From contig JBHNWI010000380.1 of NCBI GenBank assembly GCA_048127485.1, forward strand, positions 43,523,984 through 43,557,383: DNA of 33,400 nt, written 5' to 3'. A program made the translations under genes and the position numbers. This document shows positions 11,556-23,175 of this stretch, piece by piece. The stretch's first letter is position 1. Every line of letters starts with the position of its first letter. The notes under the pieces were generated by a model. It was not told where the DNA came from and ran no database searches. It saw only the letters and a program-made list of their open reading frames with translations. Source of the DNA: Solemya velum (lineage: Eukaryota).

Positions 11556-12178
11556 GTGAGGGGAGTGTTGTCTTAAACTGTGGAGTTTTGGATAGGATTT
11601 AAATACAATTGCTGGATAAAATATCCCAATGACTTTAGTTGTGCACATGCTCAAGTTAGGCCCTTATGACATAAATACAATAAATATATTTGTTTATCAA
11701 CAGAGATATTGGTCTTTTTGTACTTTTACTATTTCTTGCTTACAAGACATAAAATAAAAAAGGGAATTTCACCCCAGACTGCCCATGGTTATCCTAATGG
11801 CTGTATAACTCCTGTCCGATTTTCTAAAAAAAGTACATATTTACCCAATCTAGCCTGCATATTCCCATCTAAATATATTCCTGCATAAATTATAGCATAG
11901 CATGTTGGATATTTACCTTGTGTGTCTGAGGTCTGAACCAGAATTGATTATCTGGGATGAAGTACGGTACCTGGTGGTTTACTGGAGTTTATCATATTTG
12001 AAATAGAAATTTATCTGACTAGGTAAATTGAGGGGAGGGGGCTTATTCAGGGATAAAATATCTCAAAATATGGGGTAAGGTTTATTTTTTAGCATGGTCT
12101 TATCATCGAAATATGGTAGGATTATGAGGAGTAAAAAATCTGAACAGTTTTTTTTTTGTCTTTTCGTTCTTTTTACAG

Positions 12179-12329
12179 GATGATGAATATGTGATCTATG
12201 ACCCAAATCAGCAAAGAGTACGCTATTTAGTGGAGTTCATATTACCTCACGACACAGTCAAACGACTTAAATCTATCACTCTTGTCAGCAATGGGAAAAC
12301 CAAAACAGATTCTGGCTCAAAGAAAATTG
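12179..12329 (+). CDS. PARP4: PARP catalytic C-terminal exon. Translates to DDEYVIYDPNQQRVRYLVEFILPHDTVKRLKSITLVSNGKTKTDSGSKKI(g).
   Basis: Acceptor ctttttacag ending 12178 and donor GTAGGT at 12330. DDEYVIYDPNQQRVRYLVEF aligns with PARP1 [21 protein letters not shown]. Confidence 0.8.
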
Positions 12330-12859
12330 GTAGGTAACATTGAATTCCACTATCATTGACAATGCATGTAGACGTTTTCCACCCAAGTCCTAAGGCTATC
12401 CAACAAGACTGTCTCATTTTGCTGATGGACATGTAATACAAATAGACAGTATCCAGTTTTCAGGTCGAAAGCTCACAGATTCTAAGCACAACTCATTGCA
12501 AATCAAAGAGTTAACTATGAATGAGACATTACTAGAGATTATGTCATTCTAATATACAGTTAGGGTAGCTACATGTAATTGTTAGTTGACACAAATTTGT
12601 AATATATTGCAAAAAATGGTTTTATACTTTATAGCAAGATTGATGCCTGCACCCACTCCCCAAAATTCTAACTTGTTCAAATTAAAATGAGTCGACAACT
12701 ATGCATACAATGGTTGAATACTGAATCATTTAAAGTTTACAATTTACTGACTTGCAGGATTATCTATTAATGTGACAAAATTCCAACTTGTACAATACTG
12801 CAATTAAATATAAACATGGTAAGCTCAATGATATTCTGTAAGAAATATTCTGATTGTAG

Positions 12860-12990
12860 ACATATCGAGCTTAAAAGACCTTCCCGATCCACTGAAGAAG
12901 TTGAAATCAGGACTAATCGGAAGCAGAAATGAGCCAGTTCCTCTCAAAAGTGTACACATCAGGGCAAAAATGCTTGATTTGGTTTCACAG
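12860..12990 (+). CDS. PARP4: Exon at the start of the VIT domain. Translates to DISSLKDLPDPLKKLKSGLIGSRNEPVPLKSVHIRAKMLDLVSQ.
   Basis: Acceptor tgattgtag ending 12859 and donor GTAAGT at 12991. VPLKSVHIRAKMLDLVSQ matches the N-terminus of the VIT domain in PARP4 and ITIH proteins. Confidence 0.8.
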
Positions 12991-14129
12991 GTAAGTCACC
13001 ATAACTAGGTGTCTGCAGATATGATACATGTACCTGGAACTTCAATATGCGTCAATAATGCTGAATATGTTGATGACATATGGAGTCATTGTCGGTGATA
13101 TAGGGTAAAACCTGACTTTAACTGGCACTCAAAGAAAACAATAAAGGCAAAAAATTAAAAAACTTTTGCTGATACAACATCATCACCGACGAACAGATAA
13201 ATGACATAGCCTTGGCGGCAGTAAAAATGTGCAAGGAACTTTTCAACTGATTTTTCTGATTTTATGGAGATAGACAATGCAGTCAAAACATGTGACATCA
13301 ATACTAGGAATTGGGAGAAATCTGCAACCAAGTTATTGGAAGAGATTGAGAATTGTGGAAGTGAAAGTGATGATGAGAATGATACTTTGATTGTGAATGG
13401 TGGTGAAATTGATGATATGTGTACCATTAAAGGAGTGAATGTCATGATCCACAGAATGAAGAAATTGGCTGCCTATATTGGCAATATAAAACTTTTGAAT
13501 CATTTAGTGGGTGCAACCGAGTGTCTAACTGGGGCCAGTGTGATGAACTGTAAACAAGTGAAAATTTATGACTTCTTCCCCCAGATTCAGCCACAAGAAT
13601 AATGTTTCAGTGTCAGTGATCTCTAGAAATCTTGTCTAGCAAAGGTAAAACTATTTTCGGAGACCCCCTGTCTATAGCGATCTTTTTCAAGGTTCTCATG
13701 AAGGGTCTTTGATTACTGGTTTCACTATATGTATGTACTTGGTAAAGTTTGAGTACTACCATAATGGTAATAGCAGAAGGGTGTTTTGAACTTTATACTT
13801 TCTGCACATGACTTTTTTATGTGGGTTTAGTTGTAGAAACAATGAAAGCGAGGATGGTGTTAGTTTGCATAATGTTATTTCTGTAAATCTGTAACAAGTT
13901 GAGGGAGAAATACCATACAAAGCAGCTTAATCATAATTATAATACAGTTAATTTACTAGTGATGTAGAATTGTTCTATGAATATTTTGTGCAACTGAGGA
14001 TGCAGGTTCAATCTTGTTGTTAGAACTATAGTCTCCGAACTGTTTACTTCATTATTCTGCTTTCTAACTATCAATTGAATGGCATTAGGCATGTAGTAGC
14101 TAGATTTAAACAATTTCTCCCATTAAGTC

Positions 14130-14619
14130 ATAATTCCACACCCAAATCCCAGTAACTTCCTTTATTTTGGTACTTGTGGTTTTGATAACCCTTCCATGAG
14201 TGTCGACTGTAGCCGCATAGCAAAGGTCAGGTTCTGCATTTAACTAGCTGTATAAAAGACCTTCTTCCTAAATTGATGTGCATCAATTTATCGCCATTGC
14301 TCACCAGCCGTTACAACTGAATTATGACGCAACGCATAATACCGGTGTATTTTTAGATTTTAGTGTTTTCCATCGCACGCGTGCACACTTCGTCACACAA
14401 TGGCGTCCCAAAGTGATTGCCAGTCCGCTGTGATTGGGTGACACAATCTTTTGAACAAATGTAAACGTGTTGCCGATAGCCGAAAAATGGGTGGGGATTC
14501 TCCCTCAAAAGTTGGCTATATTTGCAGAATACAACCGGTGAGTGGCGAAAAACTGTTGGAAAATAGTTTAATGTAACTATTGGTGATGATATAGTTTACA
14601 ACACTGGGTGTGGAATTAT
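14130..14619. mobile_element. MITE-like non-autonomous DNA transposon of 490 bp. It has 15-bp perfect terminal inverted repeats and an 8-bp flanking direct repeat, and it encloses a CpG-rich, TATA-containing island.
   Basis: ATAATTCCACACCCA at 14130-14144 against TGGGTGTGGAATTAT at 14605-14619. CCCATTAA occurs at 14119-14126 and again at 14620-14627. The interior (14200-14560) is GC- and CpG-rich, unlike the flanking intron. Confidence 0.65.
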
Positions 14620-14861
14620 CCCATTAACCAAGCAGGTGTGTACAGTGGATATATTAACCTGCAGCAAGTATTACTATCCAAAACATTACATTTTTTATTA
14701 TGATGGCTGGACTCTCTCAAATTGATTCATAAGAATAATTGTTTTACTTCCTTCTCTTCAATTGACAATAAAAGCAATACATCTTTGTGTTTGCAACTTT
14801 TCAATTTTCAGTCTGACTGATAAATTGGCCATCACTTAGTTTATTGATGATTCCATTGTAG

Positions 14862-14988
14862 GTGGTAGTATTGCAAGAGTACAGAAACGATAACAGCTCC
14901 CCCATAGAGGCAAAGTTTGTCTTTCCATTGGACGATACAGCAGCTGTATGTGGGTTTGAGGCATTCATTAACAACAAGCATATTATTG
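14862..14988 (+). CDS. PARP4: VIT-domain exon. Translates to VVVLQEYRNDNSSPIEAKFVFPLDDTAAVCGFEAFINNKHII(g).
   Basis: Acceptor ccattgtag ending 14861 and donor GTAAGC at 14989. IEAKFVFPLDD.AAVCGFEAFIN.KHI is the diagnostic core of the VIT domain. Confidence 0.85.
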
Positions 14989-15315
14989 GTAAGCTGTGTA
15001 TGTTTATCTACATATTTGAAGTATTATTTATACTATTGGAATTTATGAACTACTTCACCGAATAAATTGAATTGGAGGTATTGAACTGATGAAATTTTTT
15101 AAAATTAATTTCTTCCCCTTCATTGTATTGTGTAGAGTTGCAGGAAAAAAAGGATACTATCTTCAAATAAGGGTCTATTTGGGCTAAAAACTTTACTTTC
15201 TGTCTAATTTTCACCCTCACCCAAATAAAGCTTTTTTCAAAGTTGCTAACCATGTATTGTCTATAAGTTGTCTAAAAAATTAGAAGAGTTGAAAAAGCCC
15301 TTATATTTCTGACAG

Positions 15316-15407
15316 GCCAAGTGAAAGAAAAACCACAGGCCCATAGGGAGTACAAAGAAGCTGTGAAAAAAGGACACGGTGCCTATCTTATGGATGAAGA
15401 AGAACCT
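15316..15407 (+). CDS. PARP4: VIT-domain exon. Translates to (G)QVKEKPQAHREYKEAVKKGHGAYLMDEEEP.
   Basis: Acceptor tctgacag ending 15315 and donor GTAATT at 15408. The KEK..A..EY.EAV..G.GAYL pattern is conserved in VIT domains. Confidence 0.8.
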
Positions 15408-16019
15408 GTAATTTTTGTGCTCTAATCGTCATAAGATTTGACATAGTTGAAACTTGCTTTTAACACATTTGTTGCAAATAATTTGTGGGGAATAATAACT
15501 AGTTTTGAAAATCCATTTGGATTCTGCTTCTAGTATAAACTTAGAGGGGGGAATCAGTTTTTCGTTTTATTAGAAATGCAGATCATAATTTTTCTGTTTT
15601 GACATCCTCAGTTTAAACATACAGTATATTTATATTGCAAAACCAAATTCATGGGATTAGGTCACAAGCGTCACAACTTATGACCGCTCTCAACAAAAAA
15701 TACAAACAAAAATCAAAATTTCTTAAAGACAGTACATATGCAATATTGATATTGCTGCTCTGCTTGTGTGAAACCTTGTTTTTATACCTTTAATTGCAAG
15801 ACCAGCAGGAGTACATGTGTGAAAATGTGACGGGTTTGGCAAATGTATGCCGCAGCATCGGAATTTCTTTTGTAACAATCCAGTTTATGCCACCATTAAA
15901 CCTGTCTGAAACCTAACATATCGAAGGCACAAACCATTTCAGAAAAATAACCCAAATTTTACATTACTCATAATGTGATACTTACTCATATTAACAGTGA
16001 ATATTCTTTTTGTTCACTA

Positions 16020-16650
16020 CCCTGGCCACAAAATGCCCTCTGTGGAACACCACTGAAAACTGCACATGTGCACCCTTTCTGTCACATGATACTGGCTCAA
16101 CCCAATGTGCTCTCCACAAGCCGCGGGTGCACATGAAGGGTTTGCAGATCTGCCTCCTGTGATAGAGACATCCCAGAATGGTCTTTCTAGCACTGGTGCT
16201 TCACATTGCTTGGTTTGGCCTTACAGGTTCTGGTATGTTGGAAGACCCCACCCTTTGGTCAAAAAGATCATGTTGTTGGAGGACTTGGATTGTTAACTTC
16301 ATTTAGGTTGTGATACATGTTTTCCAGACTTCCAATTCATATCTCGTGATGTAGGGCCTGGTTAGTCATTGTGCAGTCTGACGATGTGCCAGTTGTACGG
16401 ATTGTATGTTTAGGGGCACGGTGTCCCCCTATTATGTCCGTTGGCATTGGATTTTTGGGCGATTACAATGACGATGACGTCTGGTTTAATGCAGCTCATA
16501 CCAAAGCATAGTGCAGACTGCATGGTCTGCATTCTTCTGCCATGATTTCCTCACACCTCAGATCATTTCGCTTGCCTTTTTGATGCCCAACAAACTTCCC
16601 ATACATTGCAGCCTGGATAGTCGATACTATTCTGGCGATGTCATTGGATG
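16020..16650 (+). pseudogene. Tc1/mariner-family transposase fragment covering the middle and C-terminus (DDE region). Pseudogene with stops and frameshifts.
   Basis: ...PPVIETSQNGLSSTGASHCLVWPYRFWYVGRPHPLVKKI resembles Tc1 P.VKHGGGSVMVWGCFS..G.GPLV.I. FQTSNSYLV resembles FQQDNAPCH. LGARCPPIMSVGIGF resembles WPARSPDLNPIEN.W. ...IISLAFLMPNKL resembles IP...I..L..SMPRR. Confidence 0.55.
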
Positions 16651-17835
16651 GGGTACTGGGTTTACACTTTCTCTGATGTCTGTTGCCCAGAGATCCATGA
16701 TTCCCACTTCTCCGTTCTTTGTGTTCCTCATACTTGCGGTATGACCTCTTTCCAGGATAGTACCTGGTATATGATGTCAAGGTGTTTTTCGACAGTTCAC
16801 TCACTTCTCTTGAAAACCTGGCATTCCAGTACACATGCAGTGTACTCTTTTCATCTGGAGTGTTTTCCAGCTGGTACATTGCACAGGATATTGATCTCCT
16901 CAGTGCATTGTTAATGACTGCCTCTACTTGTTTTGTTTTAACTGTGATTGTGGGCAGCAATATTTATTATACATGTATTATGTGTCTGTTTATCTATGCT
17001 TGCTGCAGTTTTTGTATCATGACATGGATTACTATCTTCTTGTTCACCGTCTCCCATCTACTCATCTCTATGGTTTTTTTTAAACCAATATCCACCCTGT
17101 GAAGAGACATTCTCCTGCATGTGACTGATTTTCAGTTTTGGGTGTTCATAAAGATTTGCCTTTTGAACCACTCCATCATGTCCTTTACACATTAATCACC
17201 TATCAACTTTCTATTGTCCTTGGTGATATCTTGTTGTAAGAGTGTTTTGTCTAATTTGGCTGTTGTCCCATTCAAAAAAAAAAGATTATTCTTTACTCTT
17301 CATTCAGCTATGGCTGAGTTATGATTTCCAGGCAGTTCTTGGATATCACAAAGATGCTTTGTTCTGTTTGCTACTGCCCAGAGCTAGCTTGTCATTCTCT
17401 AGTATTATACATATTTTTTTGCGATTTTTTAATCCATCTTTATACACCTGCATCTTGTCAGTCCATTTCTCATTGGATTGATTCCATGAGTTCATTCGAT
17501 TCAGGCTTGTACTCTGCATTGGTCCCTGTTCATATGCAAGCTGTTGTTTGGCTGGTCTGTTTTCTGCAATGACTTTTCACCTTTGGAACCTTATGGAATA
17601 TGATACTTTGGATGCTGGTTCTGATGTCTGCTATGCAGCAGCAAGACACCCTCCTCCAGTGTAGTACCGCTGTGCAATCTTAAATTGTTAATATGAGGTA
17701 AGTATCACATGATGAGTGATGTAAAATTAAAGATTTCTGAATTTTACAAGCAAAATCTGGTGATACATACTTATCCACCCACTTTCCCCCTCTATTTTTG
17801 TTACTTTTGGTCATCTTACAAACAATAACATTGTA

Positions 17836-18300
17836 TCTTGGGTTGAGCCAGTATCATGTTACAGACAAGCTGCGCCACGTGCAGTTTTCTGTGGGGTTCC
17901 ACACAAGAAACGTTATTTATCGGTAAAGAGAACCATCCACCACTCACATGCTCTCCATCACAAATGCTGTCAGCACTACTGGAGTTGTATATGTCGGTGT
18001 TGTTGTGTCAGAATTGGACTTCGGGCAGGATGTCATGCACACATCCCATCAGCAGCCAGGCGTCTTCAAACAGTCCTTGCCAAGATGTTGCTGGTTGAAA
18101 CCTGTGACAGAGATAGGTGGTTAGAATCCATCTATCATTACGAGGTATGGTCACAGGTGGATGTCCATGTTGGGTACTGTCTTCAATGTCGGTATTCTGC
18201 TTATAACATTGCCACAAATTCCATATCATGTTTCTCTGGACGTTGAAACATTGTGCAGCGTCACTTTGAAGCATACAAGCTTCAATCATGCCAATGGCTC
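17836..18300 (-). pseudogene. Tc1/mariner-family transposase N-terminal fragment (paired HTH DNA-binding region). Truncated.
   Basis: Minus-strand ORF 18008-18289 translates to MIEACMLQSDAAQCFNVQRNMIWNLWQCYKQNTDIEDSTQHGHPPVTIPRNDRWILTTYLCHRFQPATSWQGLFED. It aligns with Tc1/Tcb-type ...IARHLNVSHSTVLRIIQRYQQTGNVNDRPRSGRPRVTTPAQDRYIRLRHLRNRRLTATETA..GLHN. The segment 17836-17920 is the reverse complement of 16020-16100. Confidence 0.65.
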
Positions 18301-19237
18301 TCCATCTTTCAATTTTGTACCCGTGACATATTGATGTGCAATCAAAATGCGAAAATGACTTGTTTTTCTAACCATCGAAAGTGTTGACACTGATAAAAGT
18401 GAAAATGATCTGAGATCAAGGATCATCAGTTTTATAGAGATTCTGTGCATGCTTTTCTCAAAAATCTTCATTTATTCACTATAAGCATGCCATGTGCAAA
18501 ATGACTCTGGGTGCGTTTTGAAGATGTGTTTCGATCATGATGATTTGGTTCGAATCCAAATTCGGGTTTAAAATATTAATTATGCAGCAAAATGTCAGTA
18601 CTTTGGCCTCTCAGTATATTTTCATAGTTCCTGGCCTTTTTCTGGTTTTAACATTTTTGCCTTTTCCAGAAATTCCCCTTCCACAGTTATATTAGTTTTT
18701 TTCAAAACTTTAGGGTTATACCTACTGCTTTTTTGTAGGTGTACAATACTCATGTCTTATGGCGTCATCCAAGATGGCTGTGGTACAGCATCTGAGTGCC
18801 GGACCCTGTCATCCAATATTTTTTTTGCATATTTGTCGCATATCAAATATGGCTACTGTGGTCGGTGATTGGTCGAAATGTCAGTGTTGTCTAATTGCAT
18901 TCAAATTGGGTGCAAATTCAACCATTGCAAATTTGCAGCATATTCAAAATTGTTGTTGTGGTCTGTGTTTAGTTAAAATTTGAATATTCAATTTCAGTCA
19001 AATCAGGTGGATTGTTTGTGGATTAAAGTTTAGTGTCTTTCAACCATATAAGACTTTTAAGAGAGATTGTGCATGTGAATGATCTGTCTGCTTGAGACAG
19101 TGCAGACTGATGCCACTCTTTAAGCTGCTGTCACATCAGAATGCCACATAACATCCTCTTTTGACACTGGTTAACCAGTTGATGATGACTGACAGACAGA
19201 CGCAAGGGATAACAATTTTGAAGACTTTTGGTTTTTC

Positions 19238-19310
19238 CTGGACAGGGTTTGAACCCACAACCTCCCAGTTGCCAAGTGGGCACCCTATCCACTAGGCTAT
19301 GGTTTTGACA
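19238..19310 (-). repeat. tRNA-like sequence, either a degenerate tRNA pseudogene or a SINE head.
   Basis: The minus strand reads ...tagcctagtggatagggtgcccacttggcaactgggaggttgtgggttcaaaccctgtccagg. It has a D-arm-like CCTA/TAGG, an anticodon-arm-like CCCAC-TTGGCAA-CTGGG (U33, purine-37, apparent anticodon GGC) and a T-loop-like GGGTTCAAACCC. The acceptor and T stems do not pair canonically, so I do not call it a functional tRNA gene. Confidence 0.4.
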
Positions 19311-20051
19311 TTCAAATTTGATATATTATAGGTGTATTGGGTGACTGCCTTCAACCCTCCACTATCAAATAAGCATTCTGCTTGCATAAAGGCTTCTGAT
19401 TTATTCAAGACCTATTCCATTAAATTTATCTTTTGAATGCAGGCTTTGATTTTGGGACTCTTTGTATTTCAAATAATTTTTTTTTACCCACCTTCAACTT
19501 CTATAGAAGTCTAGCACTTCAGCTCAGACCTCTTCACATACATTCCTCAATGTTTGGTGACCTGGGGTGAGAGTTGGGGTTGAGAAAATTGGGATCATTT
19601 GGGTGCAATACAGTTTAAACCCACCAGATCTAATTGAGATTGATTTATAACAGACTTGACTGAGTAGTTGTTTGATAATGTAACCTTATTCAGTATGGCC
19701 CTTGTTTAGTCTGGCTGTGAAGGGGGTATTGATTGAGTGATCTTGATCTTTTTAGTGGGGCTGAAATAGTAATGGTACACATGATAACCTACAATGTAAT
19801 AATTATAAAAATTCCAGGAATAGTTTTTTTCATCTCGATCTTCTCTTATTCACATGCTTGTAGCAAGTGCATGTGTTTTGTGTGCTGCTGCTATTCCAGA
19901 ATGTGTGTACAATGTATATGGAGTGAAGCTTTGAACAAATTGAATGTTAAACAAATTGAATTATTTTTCGTGACTGTGTCTTTCATTCAAGTATCTATGT
20001 AATTAGTAATTATATACAGTGTTTATTTTAAAGGTCAATTTTTTTCAACAG

Positions 20052-20216
20052 GATGTATTCTCTGTGAGTGTTGGAAATCTGCCACCAAAGTCGGATGTTC
20101 TGATAAAGATAACTTACGTTTCTGAGCTTCAAGTAGAAGGAGACTATGTTCGATTCTACATTCCATCATCGGTTGCTCCCTGGGTCAAAGATACAGCACT
20201 TGCCCAACAAACACAA
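20052..20216 (+). CDS. PARP4: VIT-domain exon. Translates to DVFSVSVGNLPPKSDVLIKITYVSELQVEGDYVRFYIPSSVAPWVKDTALAQQTQ.
   Basis: Acceptor tttttcaacag ending 20051 and donor GTCAGT at 20217. It is close to PARP4 DVFTVSVGNLPPKAKVLIKITYITEL. The preceding intron 10 is about 4.6 kb. Confidence 0.85.
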
Positions 20217-21541
20217 GTCAGTTTTATTCAAACTCATAATTGTGCCAGTTTTTCTCGATGTTTTAATTGTCAGCCAAGAAAAAAGTTTCTGCCCTTTTTT
20301 CACTTTTTCAAAGACCGGGCACAATAAATAATAAAATCTGCTTCACAAGAAACCATATAACAGATCAACAGTCTAGATTCCCCACCACCCCGCTATGATT
20401 AATTTTTGAACTGCCCTAAACCACAAATTACCTCGAGCTTGTGACAGTCTCAGTACATCTTATTACTATTTTATAATCGAAATGGTTAGTCATAATTTCT
20501 TATGAAGAAAAAAACACTGAAGTTTTTGAACTAAAGTTTGAAACAAATCCCTATGAATCTCTATATAAATACTTCTTATTACAAAAAATCACATGATTTA
20601 AATATTTTATACCCTTTATTATAACAGTGGCAGTTTATGAATCAAACAGTAAATGGGGCACTTGGAACCGCTCAACACTCAGTTACCGCCAAAAGAATAT
20701 CTTGCATGTATTTGGTAGTGATCTTGGGGAAGATTCTTTGGGGCCGAGTGTTTCTATTGTTGTTTCAAAGCAATTAGCAAGCATTTAAATAAAATCTTTC
20801 GAAATATCAAATAAAAGTTGAACAACGTTAAACTGAAAAAGAATGACTATTGAATGCAGGTGCTGTTAACACTGACAATGTTAGTTTATTTAAATTTTGA
20901 TAATAGCATTCAAATACATCAGTGGTTATGCACACCAACTCAAGTCGTGTAACTGCCCCAGGCTACCAAGTACATGCAAGATCTCTTTTGACGGTTTCGA
21001 AAAAGGTCTAGCAGTTACAAACATTGCACACTTGCTATCTGTAATGTGTATTAGATGTACTGTTGTAGTTTGGTCGCAATATTCTGACAAAGTTATTGAC
21101 CCTCACTAAGTAGTACAGTAACTACTCTATTCAGTCCATTTAAACTACATATTAATATGAAAGTCAGTTTACCATACTAATGATCATATCTGGAAATTCT
21201 CAAATTACACTCCTTTCAGTTGGTAAAAGAGAATATGCCAGAAAAGTAACTGTGGGTTCAGAAGGGAAGGGTAGGGGTGAGAAACTAGTAGATATCTCCT
21301 GTGCTACTATGACATAATTATCATTGCTGCATGGAGGATTGATATTTTTGAATTCCATTATGTTTTCACTAAAGAATGACTATACCAGAACTGAGTCATC
21401 AAGAAAAATGCCCCACAACCTGATGCCAAACACCTAACAGATTGAGCTGTCGAGGCCCCTGCAAGAAAAAGAAAGTGTTGAGTTATTATGACCTATTTCA
21501 CCACTGAAAAATGTAAATAGAAGGTAGAATTTTCATTTCAG

Positions 21542-21667
21542 TCTACTGTGAGTACAGTTCTTGTAAGGAGTGCTGACCAATGTAAAGTCACTGTTCAGGT
21601 TGCCATGGAGATGCCCTTTGAGATAAAGAAAATAGAGTCACCAACACATCCACTGATCAAATGCAAG
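21542..21667 (+). CDS. PARP4: VIT-domain exon. Translates to STVSTVLVRSADQCKVTVQVAMEMPFEIKKIESPTHPLIKCK.
   Basis: Acceptor tttcatttcag ending 21541 and donor GTATGG at 21668. Phase-0 open exon of 42 codons in the position where VIT continues. Confidence 0.75.
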
Positions 21668-21694
21668 GTATGGACATCAGTGAGAATTAGATAT

Positions 21695-22030
21695 GATTTT
21701 TACCTTTTATCGGAAAGACTAGGCTGATTACAGAGTTCAGGACTATATATTGGGGTCCAAAAGAGATCTGTGAAACAAAAATGGGATAAGGTATGTGATA
21801 AGTGGGTGCGAGGGAGCATTTTGCTGGCTAACCTACTTTCCGACCTACAGATTTCGCATATTCCTAGGTACCATTTAATAAAGTCACTCAACCATTTTTA
21901 AGCCTATGGTAGCGAATTAGTCAATTTAGAGGGAATTCATTATTCTATGACACAGATATGTTATTTACTGGTATTCCAATGCGTTCTGTCATCACACACA
22001 ATAAATCCCAAGTTATTGAACAGGAGATGC
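21695..22030. repeat. Copy 2 of the dispersed fold-back repeat family. It is 5'-truncated relative to copy 1.
   Basis: 21695-22030 aligns with 150-520, for example gaattcattattctatgacacag[ag]tat[ag]ttatttactg[gt]tattccaatgc[ag]ttctgtca[ct]cacacaca. Confidence 0.75.
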
Positions 22031-22267
22031 TCATTTTCTTGCAGCAGTATCCAGAGCATTTCAGAATCTGTTGAATGGAATCATGGAATATCTCACCATT
22101 AGATATTGACACCATTTTCTTTCTTTTATAACCTGTGTTGCCCAGACTTGTGGTTTATTGATCAGTGGTTAGGTAAATTCACAACCAAACCAAACAATTG
22201 GTTGCACAGACAAAATACCTAATTTATTTTTTCAATCACAATGAAATAATATTTTTTCATTTCACTA

Positions 22268-22590
22268 TGCTATTTGGCTAGGACGCTCCATGAAAGATCT
22301 TAGTAGCGCATCCGATTTGTGAGACAGGGATCGTGAGTTCGAATCCCGGTTAATCAGTTGGAATTTTTAAAAGGTTTTTGACCTCGAGGTGACCTATAGC
22401 CATCGGAAGGGACTTTAAACCGATGTCTAGTGTATCTGGGTTTTACACAGGGCACTATAAAGAACCAGGCTGGGGTCTTCGAATAAAGAGTAGGGTGCTT
22501 CACCTGGGTTGACCTGTATCCATCTATCTCTCTATCCTTCACTCAAGATGGGCCTACTGCCTGAGGTTTTCTATCCAACAAACAACAACT
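22268..22590 (+). mobile_element. tRNA-derived SINE of about 320 bp, a tRNA-like head with a pol III B-box followed by a unique body.
   Basis: GTGAGTTCGAATCCCGG matches the B-box consensus GGTTCGANTCC. An A-box-like TTGGCTAGGACGCTCC lies upstream. A related partial copy is at 5338-5445. The minus-strand ORF 22354-22542 inside it is spurious. Confidence 0.55.
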
Positions 22591-22741
22591 TTTACACAAA
22601 CTGAACCTTTCATTATAACTGGCATTGAACAGATATACGCTTCATTTTTTCTTGTATACTGACAAACTTGGGCCACTATTTCTTTTTTACTTTTTTATTT
22701 AGTGTTGTAATCAATATTGATTTGCATTTCTTTTTTTATAG

Positions 22742-22876
22742 CAAACTGCTGTGAAGGCTGTTGTAGAGCTACCTAATAGTAGTCAGATCACAGCTGGATT
22801 TGAGCTTCTTGTCAAGCTATCTACAATGCATGTTCCACGCATGTGGGTGGAAGAAAGTTCTGACCAGGGCAGTCAG
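22742..22876 (+). CDS. PARP4: Exon at the end of the VIT domain. Translates to QTAVKAVVELPNSSQITAGFELLVKLSTMHVPRMWVEESSDQGSQ.
   Basis: Acceptor tttttttatag ending 22741 and donor GTTGGG at 22877. PRMWVE aligns with PARP4 LPRMWVEKHPE. Confidence 0.75.
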
Positions 22877-23175
22877 GTTGGGTAATGCTTTTATAGTTAA
22901 TGGGAAAATAAGACTACTGGTATAATGTATGCTTGTACAATAGTTCCGTTTATAGCATATAAAATTTGTCATGTTTTTTCATCTTCAGACTATGAAGCCT
23001 AGAGAAACAATGGCTCTTCCAACTATTTTTAGTGATATAATTGAAATCTGTAATACATGTTGATGATAAATCAAACAATTTATTGTTAAGAGAATGAATT
23101 CTTGTCCTTCTTCAGTTCTGTGACCTCAAAGCATTTTCTGCCCCTCATTTATTCTGGATTTATTTATTCTGCCAG

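Noticed and set aside
13264-13602. 112-aa acidic ORF (MEIDNAVKTCDINTRNWEKSATKLLEEIENCGSESDDENDTLIV...) with an antisense partner ORF at 13155-13445
   Set aside because: It lies inside the intron between two VIT exons that join perfectly (VSQ | VVVLQEY). It has no splice-compatible boundaries and no recognisable domain. It is probably chance or an unrecognised TE relic.
16496-16960. 154-aa minus-strand ORF
   Set aside because: It runs antisense to the better-supported plus-strand Tc1 transposase C-terminal fragment and across AT-rich spacer, with no motif match. I treat it as a spurious antisense frame.
19238-19310. Possible functional tRNA gene (apparent anticodon GGC)
   Set aside because: The acceptor and T stems do not form canonical pairs and the D-loop is too short. 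GGC is an unusual anticodon for eukaryotic tRNA-Ala. It is better explained as a tRNA-derived SINE or pseudogene.
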